A stretch of 62,961 nucleotides of DNA, filler included, from Saprolegnia diclina VS20 (taxonomy: Eukaryota): assembly GCF_000281045.1 (NCBI RefSeq). It is 5 parts of 2 records of this genome, joined end to end, with 100 filler letters (N's around TTAATTAATTAA, not from the genome) between each part and the next. Parts side by side here need not be neighbours in the genome. Positions count along the whole stretch, not along the records: positions 1 to 24,662 come from NW_008246146.1; positions 24,763 to 35,222 come from NW_008246146.1; 3 more parts are not named here. The stretch is one strand, 5' to 3'. The notes beneath the pieces are model-generated. The model ran no database searches and was not told the origin of the DNA. It saw nothing but the letters and a program-made list of their open reading frames with translations. The position numbers and the translations under genes are program-made. Of this stretch, positions 13,591 to 25,196 are shown one piece after another. Numbering within the stretch: the first letter of the stretch is position 1; each line of letters starts with the position of its first letter.

Positions 13591-14013
13591 CCTGCTCGAC
13601 CTTCCGCTCGATCCACGCCGCAATGCCGAATTTACCTGGGGTGTGAATGCCGAATTCAACGTCGACCCATTATATTTTAAATACTTGCACGGCTATTAAT
13701 ACTAATTACGAGTCATTTTTAAAGTTTATGATAGAATGCCAGTGATCCGGCAAGGATTTGGTCGAGATTCTCACTAGGCACGGACCCGATTACCGGAGAC
13801 GGGAGCTTCGACCCGGCAACCATACATGGCAACGGCCTCCACCCAAGCGTTTTCTCGGGCGCCATTTCCGTGGGCACGAAAGCTCTCACGTTCCAGCGCA
13901 GTAGACAGAGGCCGATCTTATTTTCGGCGCATGCCGCAAAGTTCTGGCGATCGATGCCGAAAACAATACGGCGCTTTGAAGTTGACGTTGAAACCAATCA
14001 AAATCTTACCGTG

Positions 14014-14834
14014 ATGACCGAGGACGTGGCCCTGAGCAAGACCGAGCGCCGCCGGGCGGCCCGCGCCAAGAAGAAGGCTGCGGCCGCGACCGAGAAGGAG
14101 CGCCGCATGAACAAGCGCGAGGACATGAAGCAGCGCCGGCGCGACAAGGCCATGGCGATCAAGAACAAGGACAACGAGAACGGGTGCTGGCTCTGCGGCG
14201 ACCCCAACCACCGCAAGCAAGACTGCGACCAGGTACTTTCGATCCGAGCGAGGGCTTCAGCAGCTCACGTGGAAATGTAGACTATGAGCACGAAGAGCTG
14301 CTTCCACTGCCGCCGGAAGGGCCACGACATCCACTCGTGCCCCAAGCGCAATGGCTACAACAGCAACACGCAGCCCGCGAGCGACCTCTGCTTCAACTGC
14401 GGCGAGAACGGCCACAGCCTCTGGAAGTGCCCCAAGCCCAAGGTCGGCGACGGCACCTCGTTCGCCACCTGCTTTGTGTGCGGCGCCACGGGCCACTTGA
14501 GCTCGCGCTGCCCCATGTCTGAGAACGGCATCTACCCGCGCGGCGGCTGCTGCAAGGTCTGCAGCAGCAAGATGCATCTCGCCAAGGACTGTCCCGAGGA
14601 CGGCAAGGAGAAAAAGCCCCAAAACACCAAAAAGACGTTTGCGGACGACGATGACGAAGGTGCGTCGACCCGATTTATGCGATATCCGATCTTATTGGAC
14701 AATCATGTGTAGTGGCCCAGGGCAGCGGTCCGTCCGACAAGAGCGGCGACTTCATGGAGGACGAAGCGCCCGAAGAGCCCGAGGCCCCCAAGCCCGCGGC
14801 CACCCAAGCAAAGAAGAAGGTGGTCAAGTTTTAG
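14014..14834 (+). CDS. CCHC zinc-knuckle protein (ZCCHC9-like), 3 exons
   Basis: Five CX2CX4HX4C knuckles, including CFVCGATGHLSSRCP..NGIYPRGGCCKVC; basic N-terminus; ends KKKVVKF*. Confidence 0.85.
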
Positions 14835-15488
14835 CTTCCGCAACGAATAACATACACCTGCATATGAAAGACTACTTTATCGACTGCATCCAATATGCTG
14901 CCTGGTGCATGCTGCCGACTGGACGGTGCTCAAGGCGCGAAGCGACGGCACAGTATGCACGTGACAGGCGCATCGCAGGTGCGTGGCCACGTGCGGGAGC
15001 AAGCGGCCTCTTCACAGCTAGCTTGAATCGAGCGTGGCAAGCCAAGCACAACTGTATCGACTGCGCGAGTACATGTAGCAGCACATAAGGGAAGCCGGCA
15101 TAGCAGCCGCGTGCGAGAAGCAAAGCTGTAGTCACACCCATGGCGCGCAACGGTAGCAACAAGTCAGATGTCACGGGCGCTTCTGCCCTCGCAGCTCTCG
15201 TGCGAGTCTAGAGTCTCCGGACAATGCCTTGTGCAAGACTCACCGAACACTGCGTCGAGTATCCTGACTGGACTGAGTGGTCTGAAAAGCACAGAGGTAG
15301 TGCTGCGCTCTCTGCGGCTAATGGGTCGAGCTTGTTCTGGCTGCTTGCAAATTGGTGGAGGCATGTGTGCCCGGCGTCGCAGCGCTGCAGCGTGAGTGGC
15401 GCTCTTGCGCATGTCGGTCGCGTGGCCTGCCACGTATGCGGCGTCGGATTGGCTAAAATTGCTTCCGACTCAATTACTGCACAACCGA

Positions 15489-18061
15489 ATGTGGGGCACC
15501 GAAGTCTTGGCGCAGGACGTCCTTGCCCGCGTGCACGCGCTGCACCCGACGCACCGCGGCTTCCTCCTCCTGCATGAGCCCATGGCGCCGTCGCATCCGA
15601 TGGACCACGTCCTGACCTCCGTGGACGAGCTCAGCTCCGTCCTCGACGACGCCGGCCCGCTCGTCCTCGTCGTCGTGCACAGCCACGGCCTCGACCTTCC
15701 GCGCCTCGTCCAGCTCATCGCGCTCCACCAGATCGCCTTTGTTTGGATCGACACGGTCTCGAACGCGCCGCTGGACTTTCCGGCGCCGCCGACGACGACG
15801 GCGTACCTTCGGCTCACGCACACGTACGTGTATGCGTCCTTTGCGTGCTCGCCGTCCGTGCACCACTGGCTCTTTCGGCCGCTGGAAGACCCCGTTAACG
15901 TCTACGGCAGCCTCGTGGCGCAGGACCTCGTGCGCCACGGCCGCGGTCTCGTCTCGGTGCCGCTCCAGCTCGCGCTGGTCGTCTTGCGGCTCTTGCACTA
16001 CTCGCCGTCGATCCTTCTCCAGAACCTTCCGCTCTTGGAGAAGAAGATTCTGAACCTCAACACGGCGCGGCTGCGGCAAAACGTGCGGAAAGAGCTCCTC
16101 CGTGTGTACAAGTGGCCGCATGTGCCAGACGCGATTGCGACCTTCTTGCAGAACGAGAGCCTCTTTGGCGCCAACGACGCCGCGCCGCTGCAGCCGTCAC
16201 TGCTCTTTGGTGACGCGCCGGCGTCGACCGACGGGCTCACGACCGTCGCCGCGTCGCCCGTGTGGTCGGCACAAAAGGACTTTTACAAAGCCCACGGCAT
16301 GGGCGCGTGGAGCTCGAACATTGTGCCGTACGGCGTCTCGAGCAGCATGTTCATCGCTGAAGCTTACGCCCGTACGCCCCCGCTGTGCACTCGTTTCTTA
16401 GCGTCGTGTAGGGGTCGTGCTGCAGTTCTTCCTCGACTGCCACGGCAAAGGCAAGCTCGATGCGACCTCGCCCATCAACGCGTACGTCATCGAAGGCGGC
16501 AGCGGCTGCTGCAAGTTTGGCCTCGCGTTCGCGCGCCACCTCCTCGGCCTGCTCGCGGGCTTGGAGCTGCACACGGTGATTCGCCCGTGCATCATCCTCA
16601 CGGACCTCAGCGTCGACGTCCTCGACTCGCGCATTGCCCACGTCGATTTTCAGAGTCTCGTCGCGGCGTTTCCCGGCCAGCTCGAGTTTGCGGTCCTCGA
16701 CGTCGAAGACATTGTACAATGTGTCCTGGATTCGGACGACGTGGACTAACCGCGTGGTAGATTGCGCGGAGAGGACCGCTCTTTCTGCGAGTTGCCAACG
16801 CGCCGCTGCAGCTCGCGCCGACGACGCCGATCTTTTTCATTGGCAACTACTTTCTCGACTCGCTCCCAACCGACGTCTTCTTGGTACCGTTCAGTTCTTT
16901 TATCGGTTTATGTTATGAATGCTGCAGGTCGAACCGTCGGGGCTCTCGCCGGTGCTCACGGACGAGGCCGGCGACAGCTTTGCGCCGTCGCCGCTGCCGC
17001 TTCCAGACCCGTCGACGCACTACGAGAGCGCGGCGCTGAATGCGACGCTGCTGTCCGTGCCCCGGGGCCTGCGCGTGTCGCTCCTCCTCTTTCCCGTGCA
17101 GGCGTACCGCTTCTTGAGCGCGATTTTGCCGCCGACGGCGCCGTTCGGGCTCCTCTTTGGCGACGCGACGGTCCACAGCTCAGATACGTTCCACCACGTG
17201 CCCGAGCTCTCGCCGCACGCCGACTGCTTTTGTCTGCCGGTCGACTTCAGCCTCCTCGAGGCCTTTTTGAGCCAGAGCTTCCCGAAACTCACGTTCCAGT
17301 CGACTTTGCAAGTGTTTGCCGACACGTTCCAAGTGTGTTACGCGACGCACTTTCCCGACGACGCGGCCAATCTGGTATGTTTGAGCACGTTTTGAGCTCT
17401 TTGAGCTCGTTTTGAGGTAGTTTTGAGTTTGACACGTGCACCGGTGTAGTCGTCGCCGCTGGTATTTGAAGCCGAGTTGCAAGCGTTTGGCGCCAACGAC
17501 TGCGACCTCATCATGGTCTCGACCTCGACCTCGCTATAAGATGCTCACTACGATCTAGGGCACGATCCAGGACACGCCCGATGCGTTCACTGCGCTCGAG
17601 CCGCAAATGGCGCTCCTCGCGCTCTCAAAATGGGACTACGACTGCTTTGCCGTCTTCATGTGGCCCATGGTGCGCCAGGTCCCCGACCAGCCGGCGCTGC
17701 GGGCGTCTGTGGTGCGTTATAAGGCTCCAGGATGAGGTAGTCTCATGCTCGCGTCTAGGCTGAGGTCGGTCTCAAGTGCTTTGAGAACGCCTACTTGCTC
17801 AAGGACGCCGGCGTCTTCAACTTGCACCTCAACATGGCGCGCTGGCTGTACGCGATCCAGGCGTACGAGGACGCAGCGGTGCTCCTCAAAGAGCTTGTCC
17901 AAAGCCAGGACATCCGGGTCTTGTACCTCCTCGGGCTTGTCTGCTTCCACCTCAACGCGGTCGACAAGGCGCATGTGCTCTTCCGCGCCTGCTTGGACAT
18001 GGGCGCCCGCGCCAAGTACCAGAAGCGCATCGCTGTCTGCGACCACATTCTGCGCGCCTAA
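15489..18061 (+). CDS. SAM-dependent methyltransferase-like (MidA/DUF185-like) protein with C-terminal TPR-like helices, multi-exon
   Basis: VW..QKDFY..HG..AW...VPYGVSSS.FIAEAYA, VIEGGSGCCKFG (SAM motif I-like), ILTDLS, IGNYFLDSLPTD, PVDF; TPR-like tail YLLGLVCFHL..VDKA..LFRACL. Confidence 0.6.
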
Positions 18062-18097
18062 GTTTGCGATAAAGAAAGACCGATTATTTAGGGCTTC

Positions 18098-18343
18098 TTA
18101 GGAGACAAGACGCAGCACGACGGCCTCGCCACCGCAGAGGGCGTCGCGCTCCTTGGCCAACTGCTCGAGTTCGTCCTGGATCTGCTGGATCTCGCCGAGG
18201 TTGTCCTGGACGCACTGGTTCAGAGCTGCGCGCTTGGACGGGCCCTTGCGCGCGGGCGCCCGCGCCTTCTTCGGAGCTGGCGCCTCGGCCGGATCGACCT
18301 TGCGCTTCGGGCCGCGCTTCGCCGCCGGCTTGCCTGGGGCCAT
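18098..18343 (-). CDS. Small hypothetical protein (basic N-terminus plus coiled coil, ~81 aa)
   Basis: MAPGKPAAKRGPKRK...IQQIQDELEQLAKERD; GC3-rich codons; initiator-like TCAATTTTCAATTT directly upstream. Confidence 0.55.
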   Translation of the reverse strand: MAPGKPAAKRGPKRKVDPAEAPAPKKARAPARKGPSKRAALNQCVQDNLGEIQQIQDELEQLAKERDALCGGEAVVLRLVS

Positions 18344-18588
18344 GCCAAATTGAAAATTGAAACTGGGACATCCGGATACATCAGTTGTATCCGTACGGAT
18401 GCAACCGAGACCTTGGCAAGTAGTAGCGGTCGCCCGCGCCACAAGCCAGCTCGACAATCTCGATAGCTTTAAGAAATGCAACGTACAATATTGTACAACT
18501 ATGTGAATTAAGTTATTCGGTTCATAAGCATTAGGGCCGTCGAGACCTATCGTCCGCCAAGTGTATTTCCCGCCAAAAATAGAGACGG

Positions 18589-19869
18589 ATGGCGACGTCG
18601 AAGCGAGGGTTCCGGTCGTCGCTGCTCAGCGACATCATCCAGAGCAACGAAGCCGCCGACTGGACGCCCGAGACGTCGCTCGAGTTTCTTTTGCACCTCT
18701 TCCCGTCGTCAGTCGTCATCCCGGAGCTTGTCAAGACGATCGAGTCGTTTGCGTTCCGACCGCCCGAGAGCAACCGCGACAGTACATCCGTACCGTACAA
18801 GGCGCTCTACGGCGGGACGCAGCAGTATACGTCCGACCAAACGGCCGCGCTCGGTCGCGCCAAAGCCGAGCTGCAAGAGAAGATCGCACACAACGCTGCG
18901 TTGGACGACGAGATCGCGTCGCTCGAGGCCGTGCTCTCGGCGCAGACGGCATCCTTTAACGAGAAGGCGTGCAAAAAAGAGATTGCGCTCTTCCAGCGCC
19001 GACTGGATCTGCGCACGCGCCAGAGCACTGGTATGAGTCCAGATTTTGGAAAGGCTACAATGACCACTACTTGGTACAGCGCTCACCAAGACGATCGACG
19101 AAAAGCAGGACACGCTGCTCCAGCACGAGCGCCTTGCCAAAGAAGAGAGCCAGCGCATGCGGCACGAAGACCTCATGTACCGCCTCCACAGCAAGAAGCT
19201 CAAGGACAACGAAGTCGTTCTGCGTCAAGTGCGTGCTCCTTTTGTATCTCGAGGTTTACACGCTGGATAGTCGTTCAAGAAGGGGGATTCGAAGCGGAAA
19301 CTGCGGAGCCCCGAGGCGACGATGGCAGAGCTCAAGCAGCAAATCGCCCATCTGCAAGAGACAATCGCGACGACTGGTCCGCAAGTGCATGAGCTTACGA
19401 CAGAAATCTTCTCCGTGCGGGTACCTCCTCGTGTATGTCATATCTCGTCTCGATGGCGCTTCGACAGGCTGCGCGGGCCGAGCTGGAAGAACAACTCGCG
19501 GCCGTGCGCGCGTCGACCGATGAAATCCAAAACCGCGTCCTCGACTACAAGCAGGCGCACACGCCTCGTCCCAACTGGGACAAGGTCGCCGCGGAGGTCG
19601 AGTCGACGTTCAAGGCCCACAACCGCAAATGCGCCCACCAAAAGATCACGACGGACAACCTCTTGAAACTCAAGAGCTCTGCCGACCGCGTCATGTACCT
19701 CGCCCACGCCGTGCAGGTCATTGGCTTGGCCGACGACGCCGGTACGATATTGTGTGCGATGCATATTGACCACAAATCTGTAGACGCAATTGATCGCGAG
19801 CGCCAGATCTTGACCAACCTGCAAACGCAGATCAAGAAGACGATCGCCATGATCCGGTACCGAGAGTAA
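18589..19869 (+). CDS. Coiled-coil hypothetical protein, multi-exon (TPRPNW motif weakly recalls TSNAXIP1-like proteins)
   Basis: GC3-rich exons separated by ~45-nt GT-AG introns; heptad-rich sequence. Confidence 0.6.
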
Positions 19870-20332
19870 GAACGATATGCGGTGTGTGTACGACGGTCTC
19901 GTTGCAGTTCAGGAATCTAATTGCGACTTGCCACAACCTATCTGGAGCTAAACAGTGTGTAAATGAGGGGATGGACGCATGGGATGGACGGAGGGACTAC
20001 ATAGTTAAGATGGTGTGTCACTTGTCGACTGGGTCATTTGAGGGCCAACACCGAGCCACGCCACGAGGGATACGGCCGCTAATCGCTAGCTTCCCTTGCT
20101 AGGTGGCTGGAAACGTACGATTTACTTTAGCCCGTCTCGACGGACTTGCAGCTCCTTGATCAGGCACCCACTCGACGCCGCCACGGGCAACGGTACCAGG
20201 CAGCGCCACGTCATTTTCTTCGGAATGCGATTTACGAGTCACTTGAACGTATTTTGTATGCCGAAATATTTGTCACTCTACTGACCGAAGTTCGTAGTTG
20301 TAGGACCATGTGGGCCAATTGGCATCATCCTC

Positions 20333-22096
20333 ATGGCCCTCAATCGTCTCCATCGGTTCCGCGCAGCCTTGCGTCCGCTGCAGCGCTCGGCGCTTCCGGC
20401 CTCGTCCCGCGCCGTCCTGCCTCGCATGTTCTCGTCGGAGAAGAAGCCGCCCGTCGCGTCGGATGACTTGCTCTTGAAGCTGCTCAACCCCGCCAGCGCG
20501 GTAGGCCAAGCATCCAGGACGCTCGCTCACGCTGGTGTAGAAGAGCAACGCGACGCTCCTTGACGCATGCGCCAACGGCTACGAGGACGTCGTTGCGTCG
20601 CTCGTGCACAAGCCCGGCATCGACATCAACTGCCGCAGCGAGGTGCGACTGCAAATCTACAGGCGAGGGTTGACCGGAGGCCATAGGATTCGACGACGCC
20701 GCTCGTCAAGGCGTGCATCAACGCTGACAACCGCATCGTGCAGGTCCTTCTCAAGCACCCCGATATCGACGTCAACCTCGCGACCAAGGTTCTACCTGAC
20801 CGTATCGAGTAGTGCGAGCATGTGCGTAGGAAGGCATCACGCCGCTCATGATGGCCGTCAAGTGCGGCCACTACGACACGGTGACGTCGCTGCTCCAGCA
20901 CCCTGCACTGGACATCAACCTCGAGAACCAAGTATGTGCGTCTCACTGTTGCTACCGTCTAGACAAATGCATGTAGCTGGGGTCGACGGCGCTGCACCTG
21001 GCATGCCATGAAGGCGATTTGGCCATGACGGAGCTGCTCCTCGTGCATCCCAAGGTCAACGTGAACGCCAAGGACAAGGTACAGAAACCTCCTTCGAAAG
21101 CGGACGTCACACGTGTCTAGGACGGCTACTCGGTCCTGCTCTACGCGTGCTTGCAGGAGCATGCGAATGTGATGGAGTTCCTCCTCAAGCACCCCAAGAT
21201 CGACGTCAACGTCGAGGTAGTACTCGCTCTGCTCTGCATTTGACCCAATATAACACGCAGATGACCGCGGGCGTCACCGCGCTCATCCTTGCGGCGGCGC
21301 GTGGCCAGTACTTTGTCGTCGACCGCCTCCTCAAGCACCCGTCCATCGACGTCAGCGTACGCCAATATGTCCATCGAATGCATATACGGATGGTATATAG
21401 ACTGGCGTCGCGGTTGAAGTCGCCATGACCAAGGGTTTTCACGACATTGTGCAGCTCTTCCTGGACCACGACCACTGGGACGTCAACATGGCCCTCGACG
21501 TACGATCATTCTCATCGTATTTCGTATGCTTATTGGTTCTGCGTAGGAGTCGGGGCATGCGCTCTTGCACATGGCGGCGCACGAAGGCAACGCGACGATC
21601 GTAGAGAAAGTACTGGCACACGCGCGGGTCGAACCCAACCAACCGTCCTTCGTACGCCGTCTCTACCTCATGACACCATAAGCAGTGGCGACTGTAGGAT
21701 GGCACGACGCCTCTCATGGTCGCGTGCTTTGCCGAGAAGGACGCGATCGTGACGCAGCTGCTCGCCGACGCCCGCGTCGACGTCAACGCCAAGCGCGAGG
21801 TAATGAGATCGAGCTCTAAGATTATGGCTTATGCGGCGGATGTAGGACGGTGCGACGGCCTTGATCGCGGCTGTCAATATGGAAAATGTCGATCTTGTCA
21901 AGCACCTCCTGGCGCATGGCGAAACAGACGTCAACCTCGAGATGCAGGTACGACGGATTCGTTGGATCGTTATATTGAAAGTAAGATGGGTGCTGTGTAG
22001 CCTAACGTCTCGGCGCTCACGGTCGCGTCGTCGCGCGGCCTTGTGGAGATCGTCCAGCTCCTTCTGGCGCACAAGGCGACAGCCATCTCGGCGTAG
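20333..22096 (+). CDS. Ankyrin-repeat protein (~11 repeats) with mitochondrial-presequence-like N-terminus, 12 exons
   Basis: Repeats such as GITPLMMAVKCGHYDTVTSLLQHPALDIN and DGTTPLMVACF; Arg/Ser/Leu-rich leader ending PRMFSS. Confidence 0.88.
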
Positions 22097-22329
22097 TTGA
22101 CAACCCCGAACCCTAGTCGGTTGACCAGATTTTGAGACACCGGTAAGCATCCTGCCGTCCAGTCTAGAGTGCAGGACCCAGTCCCATAAAGGACTTGAAC
22201 TAGAGCAATATACTCCATGCCATGGATCGAGTTACTAAGATCGTAGTTGCGCTGGAGTGATGGCAGCAGGTTTGGGACTTGGTTGGTGTATGGTATACAA
22301 AAAGCGAGACAACATTGGTCGCGGGCGCT

Positions 22330-22400
22330 GATTGGCCCTTGTGCGGCCACCGATTAATCACTGGTCCGTGGATCGATATTCATTTTCGAGTTTTTACTTT
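22330..22400 (+). promoter_or_regulatory. Putative core promoter of NOP10 (reverse CCAAT box plus oomycete INR/FPR-like element)
   Basis: GATTGG at 22330 and TCATTTTCGAGTTTT at 22380, about 30 nt upstream of the ATG; resembles the oomycete TCATTYYNCAWTTT consensus. Confidence 0.4.
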
Positions 22401-22410
22401 GGCCGACAAG

Positions 22411-22608
22411 ATGCACCTCATGTACCACCTCGGCGCCGACGGCAAGCGCGTGTACACGCTCAAGAAGGAGGACCCGAGCGGCAAGCCGACGCACTCGGCC
22501 CACCCGGCGCGCTTCTCGCCCGACGACAAGTTCTCGAAGGAGCGCATCACGACCAAGAAGCGCTACAACCTCCTCCCGACCCAGTCGCCGGACCCGCTGT
22601 ACCAGTAA
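22411..22608 (+). CDS. NOP10: H/ACA ribonucleoprotein subunit Nop10
   Basis: [19 protein letters not shown]...[29 protein letters not shown]. Confidence 0.97.
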   Translation: MHLMYHLGADGKRVYTLKKEDPSGKPTHSAHPARFSPDDKFSKERITTKKRYNLLPTQSPDPLYQ

Positions 22609-23606
22609 GCAAGTAGTAGAGGCATCCTAACGACGCCCAATCCATTATTTTATGTCTTTTTAGCACGAATACAATGTATAGCGTCTGCCAGGTCTACTCG
22701 GTCTGATAGGCCGTTGACACGCCACCTACGACAGCTCGGGCACGTAGCGATGACAGCCCGACGAACGAGTACGTCAGTGCTGGCTGGAAAGCGGCGCAAC
22801 CTGCGGCGGCTGTGGTTTGTCTGCTGGCGCTCTCAACCCTTCGCTCTTGAGCTCTCACGCTTGTCAACTTCGGAGCCGGCGATATCGGATGCTGGCGCCG
22901 GACCGCAGCTCGCCGATTACGAGCAGCCTCGTAGTTGATTTGGACTTGTATAGCTTGGCAAATGACAGCTCGCGCGCACAGAGCTCTAGTCGGACGTCGT
23001 TACTTTCGGCCGATGCTCAGTTGGCGTCCTCACTCGCCGCATCATCGCATCATCGACTTTGGCGCCGGGTGTTTCAACGAGCTTCTGCAAATGAACGCTC
23101 GCTGCAACTGGATCGCCGAGCCATTCTGAAACATGACGTGGCGCGATGTGCTGCCTAGTTGACCGTGGATTCCTAGCATGCAGCCATGAAGTGCTGGCGG
23201 GCTACTCTGTGTGACAGGCTGGCGCCGGCGTCCATGGGACCACGGGCCACGCAACGATACAACACGTTCTTCGCGCATCCCAACCAACGCACCGCCCGCT
23301 ACGCAGGGTGTTTGTTGCTCCCGCAGCATCAAGCCCGTGGTCGAGAGCCTCGACACGAGCAGCAACGACCACTGCACATCCACGCACCTGCACCGGATCG
23401 TCATCGCCGGTCCAACGAATGGCGGTTGCTCAGCGTGATAGCCTGTGTGTTGCACTTGCCAGCGACTTTAATGTGGGCTCGTGCACAACCAGAATCTGGT
23501 ATTGGCTCTGGTGGGTTGGAGTTCTTGATAGAACTGCAAGCAACTGATGGGTAAGCGCGAGGGAATCCTCAGTTGGATTTAGCATTTGGTGCGCCCGCGT
23601 ATCTTA

Positions 23607-24628
23607 GAGCATCCCCAGCAGTCGTTTTTATACGTAAATATAGCAATTTTTAAAAACGGACCTCCCCAAGAGGCGTTTTTATTTCTAAAAATTTGTAAAA
23701 ATTCGCTGGTCGTTTTTATCGCGGTCCACTTTAAAAACATCGGCCAGCATTTCCAATCGTTTTTAAGGCCCATGCGACGGGCAATGGGCGAATTCTAGGC
23801 ATGAAAACGCCGTCAGAACTCAGCTCGGAGTTTTCTACAGTTGAGGACAGCCATGCCTGCAACACAGAGACCCCAGATGTAGCAGGAACCTCTCTGATGG
23901 CACTCGCATTGAGCGATCTGGGCAAATCATATCTGCACACAAGGCGTCGCTGCGCCCGCTGACATGCGGTTAGCTCCGTCGCACAGTCATGAACTGCCTT
24001 GATGACTCTCGCTAAGCGTGGCCGCGAGTAGGGCCTAGTCGGTGCTGGCGTCGACGGCGTCACCTTGGAACCAGTGGAGCGCCTCGCTATCGTCGGAATG
24101 TTGATCTGTCAGCTGTTGATTGGCAACGTTTGGCAACGCTGTTGGGGAGCTCCGTTTCCATTGCCAACTGGTCGTTTCCAAAGCCACCCGTTAGAGCATC
24201 CCCAGCAGTCGTTTCCATTTTATTGCTAACCGCATGTCAGCGGGCGCAGCGACGCCTTGTGTGCAGATATGATTTGCCCAGATCGCTCAATGCGAGTGCC
24301 ATCAGAGAGGTTCCTGCTACATCTGGGGTCTCTGTGTTGCAGGCATGGCTGTCCTCAACTGTAGAAAACTCCGAGCTGAGTTCTGACGGCGTTTTCATGC
24401 CTAGAATTCGCCCATTGCCCGTCGCATGGGCCTTAAAAACGATTGGAAATGCTGGCCGATGTTTTTAAAGTGGACCGCGATAAAAACGACCAGCGAATTT
24501 TTACAAATTTTTAGAAATAAAAACGCCTCTTGGGGAGGTCCGTTTTTAAAAATTGCTATATTTACGTATAAAAACGACTGCTGGGGATGCTCTTAGCAAT
24601 AAAATGGAAACGACTGCTGGGGATGCTC
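23607..24628. mobile_element. PIF/Harbinger (Tourist-like) MITE, outer copy, interrupted by a nested insertion
   Basis: 21-bp TIR GAGCATCCCCAGCAGTCGTTT at 23607 and its reverse complement ending at 24628; TTA on both sides (23604-23606, 24629-24631); 399 bp once the insertion is removed. Confidence 0.85.
24194..24592. mobile_element. Same MITE, intact 399-bp inner copy in opposite orientation
   Basis: Same TIRs; TTA at 24191-24193 and 24593-24595; appears to be the exact reverse complement of the outer copy (shadow-ORF translations are identical). Confidence 0.85.
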
Positions 24629-24662
24629 TTACAACCAGCGACGCGTCACCACCTGCGCAGAG

Positions 24663-24762
24663 NNNNNNNNNNNNNNNNNNNNNNNNNNNNNNNNNNNNNN
24701 NNNNNNTTAATTAATTAANNNNNNNNNNNNNNNNNNNNNNNNNNNNNNNNNNNNNNNNNNNN
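24663..24762. other. Artificial scaffold linker (N-TTAATTAATTAA-N, 100 nt)
   Basis: Stop-codon-rich spacer within N runs. Confidence 0.97.
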
Positions 24763-25196
24763 GGCGGTTGAATCGAATCAGGACATGCAAATACGACGCT
24801 CGAATCGAATTCCTCACAGCGCAAACCCGAGAAATGCTCAGCTCTTCACGTCGCCGGAGGCTGCTTGAGCAGCGAGATGAATGCGCTGAAGCTTTTGATG
24901 GCGGACGTGATCTTTGCGCTCAAATATTCCTCTCGGCCAATCTAACACGTGGATGCCACGCGTCTGTCCAGGAATCCAGGAACACAGATCTCGAGCACTT
25001 CAACTGCGACCAGTGTACACCAGATCAATGGTCAATAATCAGATTATTGACCCTTGACCAGATAGCCTACACCAGATACCCAATGATGTAGAATTGTTCA
25101 AGTGGGTGCACTCGTGCACACGATCGCAATCAACAGGACGGGCGCTTTATACAAAACCAGCAAACAATATTCACGACGTTACCGATTTTGCCAGCA

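Noticed and set aside
22714..23560. Several short ORFs between NOP10 and the MITE
   Set aside because: No consistent frame, splice pattern or motif
23731..24468. Two ~110-aa ORFs with an identical C-terminal part on opposite strands
   Set aside because: Translations of the two MITE copies; no transposase features
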